A DNA stretch of 19,313 bases from Candidatus Methanoperedenaceae archaeon (lineage in GTDB: Archaea; Halobacteriota; Methanosarcinia; Methanosarcinales; Methanoperedenaceae). Shown piece by piece: positions 1 through 8,199 of the stretch. The stretch covers positions 1 to 19,313 of the forward strand of contig CAVWCX010000005.1 of NCBI GenBank assembly GCA_963753595.1. Reading direction: 5' to 3'. Position 1 is the first letter of the stretch. Each line of letters begins with the position of its first letter. A program made the translations under genes and the position numbers. The notes beneath the pieces are model-generated. The model did no database searches. It saw only the letters and a program-made list of their open reading frames with translations, and was not told the DNA's origin.

Positions 1-3
1 AAT

Positions 4-264
4 TTAAGTATTAAGATGGCTTACGAGTTCAGATTTTCCCGCCCATGTAAAAAACCGCTTTAGCTTGACTTTGCAGATTTGTGCTCCGGCTATACATTCA
101 TTATGTTTTCCCAGAATGTACTTATTCACATCGGTTTTATCCCACTTTTCGAGAGACTTCTGCCTGTGGATGTTCTTTAAAAATTTACTATACTCCATCA
201 TGGTTTTCTCTGCCGTACCATTGATTTTTAGATCCAGGAGGAATTTATCGATTATATTAACCAT
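4..264 (-). pseudogene. Truncated tyrosine recombinase/integrase N-terminal (core-binding, SAM-like) fragment
   Basis: 86 aa from ATG at 264. The pattern 'IDKFLLDLKINGTAEKTMMEY...DVNKYI...VKLKRFFTWAG' resembles Xer/Int N-terminal domains. It stops at TAA (4-6) before any catalytic domain. Recognised by eye only. Confidence 0.45.
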
Positions 265-494
265 GTAATCTAATATGTAAGTAATAAGCAATAAAGCCAT
301 TATATGAAAAAATAACAAATCCACATAATGTCGTTTTTTAAAGTAAAACCTGATTTATAGGTGTATTTTTACAAAATATTAATTTATGTGCAATTAAACA
401 CCAAAATGCCTCTGATAAGCTATTAATACACCAAAAATGTAATTCTTGTCACTGAAAAAGATATTCCAAAGATAGATATATATGATAAAGTAAA

Positions 495-518
495 GTATAA
501 ATACACGTATAAATACAC
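495..518. promoter_or_regulatory. Tandem 12-bp direct repeat (GTATAAATACAC x2), putative vapBC operator/promoter
   Basis: Exact repeat at 495-506 and 507-518, ending 8 nt before the vapB ATG. Each unit holds GTAT-AA-ATAC dyad symmetry and a TATA-like TATAAATA. Confidence 0.55.
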
Positions 519-526
519 TTAAGAAT

Positions 527-754
527 ATGGCACACAAAACATTAACAATTTCAGAAGAAGCTTATACGGCGCTGGCTGAGCTCAAAAAAGAAGGCGAAAG
601 CTTTACCGAGCTTATAAAGCGCATCACTAAACCTTTACGAAAGAGGCGCCTGAGTGAGTTTATTGGTGTCTTAAAAGATGATGAAGATTTCGAAAAAGCA
701 GTACTTGAGGTAAGGCATTCCGCAAGTACCAGATTGGAAAGGTTGAAACTGTGA
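527..754 (+). CDS. vapB: VapB-family antitoxin (DUF217-like)
   Basis: 75 aa. 'KTLTISEEAY..L..LKKEGESFTELI.R' is typical of archaeal VapB. GTGA overlap with the downstream PIN gene. Confidence 0.88.
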   Translation: MAHKTLTISEEAYTALAELKKEGESFTELIKRITKPLRKRRLSEFIGVLKDDEDFEKAVLEVRHSASTRLERLKL

Positions 755-1134
755 CTGTCCTCGATAGCGATTTCTTAATATCCATCCTCAGAGGTAAAGG
801 CGTTTCAGAAATAACAGTGGATATGATAGAAGATCCGAAAACAACTATGATAAATGTCTTTGAACTTTATTATGGGGCTATGCGTTCTGTAAACCCGGAT
901 AAAGCGATCATGGAAACAAATTCATTATTCAAGTCTATGGAAATACTTGGCTTTGATAGATTTGCAGCTGCGAAAGCTGCTGATATCCATGCAAAATTAA
1001 TGAATTCAGGAAAGCCTCTGGACATCCAGGACGTTCTCATAGCAGGGATTGTAATATCAAATAAAGAAGAACTTGTGACCAGGAACATTAATCATTTCAG
1101 CCGCATCCCGGGTATGCGATGCAGACAATGGTGA
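751..1134 (+). CDS. vapC: VapC PIN-domain toxin
   Basis: 127 aa with PIN motifs VLDSDFLI, ELYYGA, DVLIAG and LVTRNINHF. Confidence 0.92.
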   Translation: MTVLDSDFLISILRGKGVSEITVDMIEDPKTTMINVFELYYGAMRSVNPDKAIMETNSLFKSMEILGFDRFAAAKAADIHAKLMNSGKPLDIQDVLIAGIVISNKEELVTRNINHFSRIPGMRCRQW

Positions 1135-1239
1135 TTTCTTACAATTAATCCCTCTTTTTTCATAATAAACTACTTTTTGCTCCTTGAACCAAAACCTTTA
1201 ATCTTAAAATAACAGTAATCGACCTGGAGAAAATAAATC

Positions 1240-1452
1240 ATGGCAGTTAAGAAATACAGTGAAGGCTCTATAACGATCGAGATCGATGAAGATAAGTGTA
1301 ATGGCGATGGCGAATGTGTCAATGTTTGCCCCACCAATGTTTTTGAACTCGTGGACAAAAAATCAAAAGCCACACGCATTGCAGACTGCATTGAATGCTG
1401 CGCATGCGTGGATGCATGCCCCACAAAGGCCATCAAGCACCATTCCTGTTAA
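1240..1452 (+). CDS. Dicluster ferredoxin (CxxDxxCxxxCP + CxxCxxCxxxCP)
   Basis: 70 aa with motifs CNGDGECVNVCP and CIECCACVDACP. GGAG RBS upstream. Confidence 0.9.
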   Translation: MAVKKYSEGSITIEIDEDKCNGDGECVNVCPTNVFELVDKKSKATRIADCIECCACVDACPTKAIKHHSC

Positions 1453-2126
1453 GTTCCATCACTAAGCCGAATCCAAAGTTTTTCGGGAAGATGTGCTTTT
1501 TGCATATCTTCTACCACTTTTTCAATATCATACTTTTTTCGTTTGAGTTGTATTTGCATTTTATCGGTGTCAAGAATAGCAAAAGCTGAATCCGGGTCTA
1601 GATCCCTGGGCTGCCCGACTGAACCCGGATTTATTATTATGCCTTCGGGATATTCTTTCTTGAATTGTATATGTGTATGACCAAGAACAAGAATGTCAGA
1701 ATCGCTCATTGTGAGAAATCCCGGTTCAAAATCCTCAGGATATACATACCGGTCAAGATCTTTCGGGCTTCCATGGACTATGACTATTCTGGCATCATCT
1801 ACGGTTATTGCTTCAATATCTTTGAGCTTTGAAATAAATCCAAGATTCTCACAGGTTATTATCTTTCCTGTCCATTCAAGAGCCGCTGCAGCATATGGAT
1901 TGAATCCAGATGTATCTCCTGTAACAAGCGCTCTTTCATGATTTCCCCGGACCGATATAATCTTTCTTTTTTTGAATGATCCAATCGTCTCATTTGGATA
2001 TGGATTATACCCGACCATGTCTCCTGCATGCAATATTATTTCAACACCCAGTGCATCCATTTCCGAAAGTACGGCTTCAAGGGCAATGACATTTGAATGG
2101 ACATCTGCGATCAACCCGATGAGCAT
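1449..2126 (-). CDS. Metallophosphoesterase (YfcE/MJ0936-like, calcineurin-like superfamily)
   Basis: Motifs DVHSN, GDMVG, GNHE, HGSP, GHTH and NPGSVGQPRD. Start moved to ATG 2126 (MLIGLIAD) because the longer ORF adds no domain sequence. Confidence 0.9.
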   Translation of the reverse strand: MLIGLIADVHSNVIALEAVLSEMDALGVEIILHAGDMVGYNPYPNETIGSFKKRKIISVRGNHERALVTGDTSGFNPYAAAALEWTGKIITCENLGFISKLKDIEAITVDDARIVIVHGSPKDLDRYVYPEDFEPGFLTMSDSDILVLGHTHIQFKKEYPEGIIINPGSVGQPRDLDPDSAFAILDTDKMQIQLKRKKYDIEKVVEDMQKAHLPEKLWIRLSDGT

Positions 2127-2165
2127 ATCAATAAATATACTATGATTTCCCAAATAGTTGACTAC

Positions 2166-3158
2166 ATGAAAAAGGTCAGGGCTTCAATGGGAACACTTGG
2201 CGTACTCGGGCTTGAACTTGTACAAATGGATACGCCTCCTACTACTGCATATCTTCAGATATTCACCGACAAACGCTGCAATGCAAATTGCCAGTTCTGC
2301 GCCCAAGCATCCGGCTCATCTGCAGACCTGACACATATTGCGCGCGGCATGTACATTCCTTTTGATCTTGAAGCCGTGGTGGGACGGTTAAAAATTGCGT
2401 ATGAACGAGGTTATCTTGACCGCACCTGCATACAGACGGCGCTTTATGATACGTGGTGGGAGGACACGGTTTACCTTATTAAAAGGATCAGGGAAGAAAG
2501 CCAGGTACCAATCTCGTTATCGGTTTTTCCATTGAGTACTGGAAAATATGAAGAATTAAAAATACTTGGTGTAAATGAAATTGTCATTCCGCTTGATGCA
2601 TGCACGCCTGGATTATTCGATAAGATAAAAGGAAAAACAACCGGCGGACCCTACTCATGGGAAAAACATATTGAAGGGATAAAAACTGCTTCCCTGGTAT
2701 TTGAAAAAGTCGGAACGCATTTGATAATAGGGCTCGGGGAAAGTGATGAAGATTCAATAAAAGTCATTTCTTATCTTTGGAATAATAACGTTAATACAGC
2801 TTTATTTTCTTATACATTTATTCCAGGGACACAATTAAAAACATCGGATAAAATAGAAAGCGAAACGATCAGGCATTATCGAACCGTACAGCTTGCAAGG
2901 CATCTGATTATTGAAAATATTGCTCCATTTAAAGATATGAGGTTTAAGGAAGGATCATTGATAGATTATGGAGTTGAAGAAAATGTCATACTCCGGATCA
3001 TCGAAGATGGAACAGCATTCAGGACTTCGGGATGTTCCGGCTGCAACAGGCCGATGGCTAATGAAACCTTTTCAAAGATATATAATTTTCCAGGAAAACT
3101 TGATGAAATTGAAAAGGACAATATAAAAAAAGATCTAGGATTAATCAATAACATATAA
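2166..3158 (+). CDS. Radical SAM protein, biotin-synthase-related, LipS2-like (archaeal-type lipoyl synthase component)
   Basis: CxxxCxxC (CNANCQFC) plus C-terminal RTSGCSGCNRP, close to the LipS2 motif TxGCPxC(N/D)RP. Start taken as ATG 2166 (MKKVRAS). Radical SAM call is firm, LipS2 call is moderate. Confidence 0.8.
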   Translation: MKKVRASMGTLGVLGLELVQMDTPPTTAYLQIFTDKRCNANCQFCAQASGSSADLTHIARGMYIPFDLEAVVGRLKIAYERGYLDRTCIQTALYDTWWEDTVYLIKRIREESQVPISLSVFPLSTGKYEELKILGVNEIVIPLDACTPGLFDKIKGKTTGGPYSWEKHIEGIKTASLVFEKVGTHLIIGLGESDEDSIKVISYLWNNNVNTALFSYTFIPGTQLKTSDKIESETIRHYRTVQLARHLIIENIAPFKDMRFKEGSLIDYGVEENVILRIIEDGTAFRTSGCSGCNRPMANETFSKIYNFPGKLDEIEKDNIKKDLGLINNI

Positions 3159-3215
3159 CCACAATCTTAATTTGCACCCCAGACAAGATTACATATTGAC
3201 AGGGAGAGGAATACC

Positions 3216-4325
3216 ATGGAAATATCCGAAAAAATATTCGAAATAACAGATGAAATAGGCCCTGAAAAGATCATTCATTTATATGAACCGCGATCTAAAA
3301 TGAAAGCCATCGTTGTGGTAGATAACGTAGCGGCTGGCCCTGCTATCGGTGGCGTGAGGATGGCCCCTGATGTAACACTTAACGAGGTCAGAAGGCTTGC
3401 GCGTGCTATGACCTACAAAAATGTCATGGCGGGTCTTCCCCACGGAGGCGCAAAATCCGGGATTATCGCTGATCCTAGAACAGTGAACAAGGAGCAAATA
3501 ATAAGGACATTTGCCCGCGGCATAAAAAATCTCCTTGAATATATTCCGGGGCCCGATATTGGTACGGATGAAACATGTATGGCTTATGTCTATGATGAAA
3601 CATCCCGCGCCGTGGGGCTTCCAAGAGAACTTGGAGGCATCCCTCTTGATGAAATTGGCGCAACAGGGTATGGTCTATCTGAATGCGCAGATGTGGCGAA
3701 AGATTACATTGATCTTGACCTGAATGGAGCCCGCGTCACCATAGAAGGATTCGGGAACGTGGGTAAACCTGCGGCGCGTTTTCTTGCCGAAAAAGGTGCA
3801 GTACTTGTCGGAACAAGTGACTCAAAAGGTACGATATATAATTCAAAAGGATTGAATATTGAAGAATTGATACACATTAAGGAATCCACAGGTTCTGTAA
3901 TTAATTATAAAGACGGGGAAGTCTTAAAAACAACAGACCTTTTGCTGATAAATACGGATATCCTTATTCCGGCAGCAAGACCCGATTTCATAAGTGATGC
4001 AAATGCGGATGTAGTCGATGCAAAATTGATAATCCAGGGTGCAAATATCCCTATCACTGAAAGTGCAGAAAAATTGCTGCACGACAGGGGGATACTGGTA
4101 ATTCCTGATTTTGTGGCAAATGCAGGCGGTGTAATAACCGCGTCAGTCGAATATCATGGCGGGACAGAAACGATCGCGCTTGACAGGACAAAAAGCACGA
4201 TCCGAAAGAACACAAAGGAAATCCTTGATAAAGTGTATAGCGACAAAACATATCCCCGTGAAACTGCTGTCGGGATCGCAAAGCAGCGTGTTATGCGGGC
4301 AATGAAATACAGGGAATGGATGTAA
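3216..4325 (+). CDS. Glu/Leu/Phe/Val amino-acid dehydrogenase, probably not glutamate-specific
   Basis: 369 aa with GPAIGGVRM, MTYKN, GGAKS, PGPDIGT, ATGYG, Rossmann GFGNVG and PDFVANAGGV. Confidence 0.9.
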   Translation: MEISEKIFEITDEIGPEKIIHLYEPRSKMKAIVVVDNVAAGPAIGGVRMAPDVTLNEVRRLARAMTYKNVMAGLPHGGAKSGIIADPRTVNKEQIIRTFARGIKNLLEYIPGPDIGTDETCMAYVYDETSRAVGLPRELGGIPLDEIGATGYGLSECADVAKDYIDLDLNGARVTIEGFGNVGKPAARFLAEKGAVLVGTSDSKGTIYNSKGLNIEELIHIKESTGSVINYKDGEVLKTTDLLLINTDILIPAARPDFISDANADVVDAKLIIQGANIPITESAEKLLHDRGILVIPDFVANAGGVITASVEYHGGTETIALDRTKSTIRKNTKEILDKVYSDKTYPRETAVGIAKQRVMRAMKYREWM

Positions 4326-5719
4326 TGCTTTCTTCAATCTTCGAACCGGAATCAGTGGCAGTAATAGGCGCATCGAACAATGAGACAAAATGGGGAGGGC
4401 GGATACTCAAAAACCTGTTAAGCGGTTTCAATGGTAAGATATATCCTGTCAATCCAAAGGAAACTATGGTCCAGGGCCTTGATTCCTATCCATCAGTGCT
4501 TGATATTCCAGGAACAGTGGAGCTCGGGATAATAATTGTGCCTTCCAGGTATGTCCATTCGATCGCGGAAGAATGCGGGAAAAAAGGCATTAAGGGACTT
4601 GTTGTGATAAGCGCAGGATTCAGCGAGGCTGGAAATGAAGGGGCTGAACTTGAACTGGTCGAAATCGCACGAAAATACGGTATGAGGATGATCGGGCCCA
4701 ATACTCTCGGGATCGTCAACGAGCGTGTAAGGCTAAATGCAAGCATTATCGGAAGACTTCCACGCCCGGGATCGATATCTTTTATCACCCAGAGCGGATC
4801 GCTTGGTCTTGCCCTTGCCGAGTGGACGATCGCAACTGAACTTGGCCTTTGCAAAGTGATAAGCACAGGCAATAAGGCCGAGACGGATGACGTTGACTTT
4901 ATAGAATACTTAAGCAACGACCCTTCAACTGGCGTCATAGCCATGTATATAGAAGGGATAAAGCGTGGGAGGAAGTTCCTTGATGCAGCCCGAAACATCA
5001 GGAAACCGATCGTGGCTATAAAGACCGGACGGTCAAAGCGGGGAGCAAAAGCGGTTTTTTCACATACTGGCTCGATTGCGGGTTCTGATGAGGTTTATTC
5101 AGCAGCTTTCAGGCAGGCTGGAATATTGCGCGTGGATACGATCGATGAACTTTTTGATGCAGCACTCGCTTTCTCATGCCAGCCTCTTCCACAGGGAAAT
5201 AATGTTGCCATCTTTTCGAATGGCGGCGGAGCATCAATAGTTGCGGCTGATGAATGTGAGAGACAAAACATAAATATCGCAGACCTTACAGAGGAAACAA
5301 AGGTTAAAATAAAAAAAGTGATCCCGGAATTTGCAACTGTTTCAAATCCCATAGATACGGCAGGAACTGTTTCATTTAAAATATATAACGATTCCATCAA
5401 AGCGCTTCATGATGATCCAAATGTGGATGCCATTATTGTTATCTATGTCCATACAATGATCTCAAACGCAATGCCTCCTGCTGAAGCAGTGGTTGAAATG
5501 AAACAAAAATGTGACAAAGAAACTGGAAAAAAACCCATAATCGCATGCTGGATGGGGGGCATGGGCACTGAGGAAGGGGTGGATCTTTTAAAGAGCGGAT
5601 GTATCCCGAATTATCCTGTCCCTGAAAGGGCAGTGAAAGCTCTTTCTGCTCTTATGAAACACCGGAAATTCCTGGAAACAGTAAAGACAGTTGATGCCAG
5701 GCCAGGGAAGTGCTTATGA
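4325..5719 (+). CDS. acdA: ADP-forming acetate/acyl-CoA ligase alpha subunit
   Basis: CoA-binding VAVIGAS and YPVNP, GPNTLG, TQSGS, phospho-His motif SHTGSIAG, NGGG and NPID. ATG 4325 overlaps the upstream TAA (TAATG). Confidence 0.92.
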   Translation: MLSSIFEPESVAVIGASNNETKWGGRILKNLLSGFNGKIYPVNPKETMVQGLDSYPSVLDIPGTVELGIIIVPSRYVHSIAEECGKKGIKGLVVISAGFSEAGNEGAELELVEIARKYGMRMIGPNTLGIVNERVRLNASIIGRLPRPGSISFITQSGSLGLALAEWTIATELGLCKVISTGNKAETDDVDFIEYLSNDPSTGVIAMYIEGIKRGRKFLDAARNIRKPIVAIKTGRSKRGAKAVFSHTGSIAGSDEVYSAAFRQAGILRVDTIDELFDAALAFSCQPLPQGNNVAIFSNGGGASIVAADECERQNINIADLTEETKVKIKKVIPEFATVSNPIDTAGTVSFKIYNDSIKALHDDPNVDAIIVIYVHTMISNAMPPAEAVVEMKQKCDKETGKKPIIACWMGGMGTEEGVDLLKSGCIPNYPVPERAVKALSALMKHRKFLETVKTVDARPGKCL

Positions 5720-6363
5720 AAATACTTACGGAACATGAAGCAAAAAAGCTCCTTTCAAAATATGGTATAACCGTTACGAAAGAGAGTATCGTGAAAAGCC
5801 CTGATGAAGCATTTGAAATAGCATCACAGATCGCAACTCCTGTTGCCATGAAAATATCATCCCCGGATATTTCGCATAAAACCGATGTGGGCGGAGTTGT
5901 ACTAAATGTTAGTGCGAGTGAGGCAGGGAGTACTTACGACAAGATCCTTTCGCAAATCAAAAAAGCAGCTCCTGATGCAAAGATCGAAGGTATCCTTGTC
6001 CAGCAGATGGCACCGCCTGGCCATGAGTTAATTGTTGGTCTGAAAAAAGACCCACAGTTCGGTCATGCTCTTATGTTTGGCCTTGGCGGAATATTCGTTG
6101 AAGTTTATAAGGACGTTTCATTCAGGGTCGTTCCTATAGAAAAAAATGAAGCCCTGGATATGATCTCTGAAATAAAGGGATATCCGATATTAAAAGGTAT
6201 CAGGGGAAGGAAACCTGCTGATATTGAGGCGATAGCTTCTGTTCTTGTTGCAGTTTCCGAGATGGCGCAAAAGGAGAACATTTTGGAGCTTGATATAAAT
6301 CCGCTGATTGTCGGTGAAACCGGGGCGATAGCAGTGGATGCAAGAGCGATGGTGGAAGAATAG
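5716..6363 (+). CDS. acdB: ADP-forming acetate/acyl-CoA ligase beta subunit (ATP-grasp)
   Basis: EHEAKKLL, MKISSPDISHKTDVGGV, DPQFG, FGLGGIFVE, ELDINPL and AVDAR. ATGA overlap with acdA. Confidence 0.92.
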   Translation: MKILTEHEAKKLLSKYGITVTKESIVKSPDEAFEIASQIATPVAMKISSPDISHKTDVGGVVLNVSASEAGSTYDKILSQIKKAAPDAKIEGILVQQMAPPGHELIVGLKKDPQFGHALMFGLGGIFVEVYKDVSFRVVPIEKNEALDMISEIKGYPILKGIRGRKPADIEAIASVLVAVSEMAQKENILELDINPLIVGETGAIAVDARAMVEE

Positions 6364-6396
6364 TTTTTTATCGTGACTTGTTGTGTCAGTTCTATA

Positions 6397-6861
6397 ATGA
6401 AATATAACATCGATGTAATTTTTTCAAAAGTTCTTGATCGTTATATAGAGATAGAATATTCTACAAAATTGCGATCAATCAGGTTTTTCCGGCCTGGAAA
6501 GCAGCTTATGGAAAAAAAGACACATGACGTTACTTATGAATTAGCACGCTATTTTGATGGGGAAGCAATTGATTTTTCATCAGAGGTGGACTTATCTTCC
6601 CTATCGCCCTTTGAGCAAAAAGTGCTAACAGAAACCAGGAAGATAAAGTACGGAAAAACACTGTCTTATTCTGAACTGGCCGAAAAAATAGGCAGCAGGG
6701 CATATCGGGCAGTCGGGAACGCACTTGGTAAAAATCCAATTCCCATTTTTATTCCCTGCCACAGGGTCGTTGCAAAGAAGGGCATAGGGGGATACTCAGA
6801 AGGAATAGATATTAAAACAAGGTTGCTGGAACTTGAACAAATAAATGCCAATAACCTTTAA
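6397..6861 (+). CDS. ogt: Methylated-DNA--protein-cysteine methyltransferase
   Basis: RAVGNALGKNPIPIFIPCHRV active-site motif. Start at ATG 6397 preferred over GTG 6373, uncertain. Confidence 0.92.
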   Translation: MKYNIDVIFSKVLDRYIEIEYSTKLRSIRFFRPGKQLMEKKTHDVTYELARYFDGEAIDFSSEVDLSSLSPFEQKVLTETRKIKYGKTLSYSELAEKIGSRAYRAVGNALGKNPIPIFIPCHRVVAKKGIGGYSEGIDIKTRLLELEQINANNL

Positions 6862-6864
6862 TAT
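6857..6864 (+). promoter_or_regulatory. Putative TATA box of the tRNA gene
   Basis: TTTAATAT 25-32 nt upstream of the mature tRNA 5' end, overlapping the ogt stop codon. Confidence 0.5.
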
Positions 6865-6888
6865 GTCAAAAATGAATGTGGGGTCAGA

Positions 6889-6960
6889 GCCCCGATGGGG
6901 TAGCGGATATCCTTTGAGATTGCGGATCTTAAGACCTGGGTTCAATTCCCAGCCGGGGCG
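6889..6960 (+). tRNA. tRNA-Arg (anticodon GCG), intronless, CCA not encoded
   Basis: Cloverleaf: acceptor GCCCCGA/CCGGGGC (one A-C mismatch), D arm GGGT...TCCT, anticodon stem TGAGA/TCTTA with loop TTGCGGA, T arm CTGGG-TTCAATT-CCCAG, discriminator G. Confidence 0.93.
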
Positions 6961-7215
6961 CTCAAATTTTTGTTAGACGCCTCATGGAATTAATGGATAT
7001 TTTGGGGGAAGGATTAAGTGCATGAGTTTTTCTATCATCTGCTGGTTGTTTTAGTTTTGCAATAGCGCACGGAAAAGGTATATGAGTTCGCTCTTATGCT
7101 TCTTTTGTCATGATTTGTTGTGAGTATCAGGTTGGTAAAATGCATATGAAATCAATGGGTTTGGCTTTTGAGTGCATGCTTTCGCATGTATGAACTCTCA
7201 TTATTTTAAGAGAAA

Positions 7216-7265
7216 TTTTTCGAAGAATTTATTTACAATAGCGTTATGTTCAAATGAATATAAGG
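7216..7265 (+). promoter_or_regulatory. BRE/TATA-like promoter followed by ModE-type operator (CGTTATGT-N8-ATATAAGG, 7242-7265)
   Basis: Dyad resembles the ModE consensus CGTTATAT...ATATAACG and ends 10 nt before the tupA ATG. An in-register second copy is at 15056-15105, and modE is in the window. Confidence 0.75.
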
Positions 7266-7275
7266 CGGTAATAAT

Positions 7276-8184
7276 ATGAAAAATCTATTTGCAAAGATAT
7301 TATTAGTTTCGATTTTGATATCACTTTTTGCTGGCTGCGTCCAGCAGGCACCGACTGAGAATATAACCACTCCAGCAATCACTCAAACATCACCTCCAAC
7401 GACAACTGCTTCCTCCCTTGTGAAAATGCGTTTAGCTACGACAACTTCTACATGCGATACAGGGCTGCTGGATGTCTTTAATAAAAAGTTCGAAGAAGAA
7501 AATAATGTAGAAATATCTACAATATGCGAGGGCACAGGCAAAGCAATAGCCACAGGTGAGCTCGGTGCAGCAGATGTATTAATGGTCCACGCGGTCCAGG
7601 CTGAATTAAAAGCAGTTGCTAATGGCAGTTTCATTAATCGCACTTACATGATGTACAATTATTTTGTGATCATTGGTCCGGAAAATGATCCCGCGGGTAT
7701 CAGGAATGCAACCAATGCTACCAACGCTTTCACAAAGATCGCAGCAAAGCAGTCACCATTCATATCCAGAGGCGACAATTCGGGCACACAGATAATGGAA
7801 TTATCAATATGGAAAGCTGCGAACATCACTCCGGCAGGAACATGGTACGAATCAGTAGGAAAAGGCATGGGAGATACCATCACGACCGCTGACATCAAGA
7901 ATGGTTATACGCTCTCAGACAGGGGAACATATCTTGCAATGAAAGATAAAATAAAACTGAGAATCCTTTTCGAGTCTGATCAGAAGTATCTTTTCAATCC
8001 TTATCATGTCATGGCTGTGAATCCTTCTAAATTCCCGAATGTGAAATACGACCTTGCAATGAAATATATTAACTATGCGACATCTTCGCAGGGACAGGAT
8101 ATCATAAGGAATTATGGCAGGGATAAATATGGAGAAGCGCTATTCGTGCCTGAAGAAGACGCTGGCAACGTAACCAGTCCCTGA
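7276..8184 (+). CDS. tupA: Tungstate ABC transporter substrate-binding lipoprotein
   Basis: Signal peptide with lipobox FAGC, Thr/Pro linker, TupA signature LATTTS, GTG, VHA, SRGDNSGT, LSDRGTY and NPY. Confidence 0.9.
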   Translation: MKNLFAKILLVSILISLFAGCVQQAPTENITTPAITQTSPPTTTASSLVKMRLATTTSTCDTGLLDVFNKKFEEENNVEISTICEGTGKAIATGELGAADVLMVHAVQAELKAVANGSFINRTYMMYNYFVIIGPENDPAGIRNATNATNAFTKIAAKQSPFISRGDNSGTQIMELSIWKAANITPAGTWYESVGKGMGDTITTADIKNGYTLSDRGTYLAMKDKIKLRILFESDQKYLFNPYHVMAVNPSKFPNVKYDLAMKYINYATSSQGQDIIRNYGRDKYGEALFVPEEDAGNVTSP

Positions 8185-8199
8185 AAATATTTTTTAGAG

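Noticed and set aside
6963-7201. Minus-strand frame MRVHTCESMHSK... interrupted by two stops
   Set aside because: No family recognised, so a pseudogene call cannot be supported.
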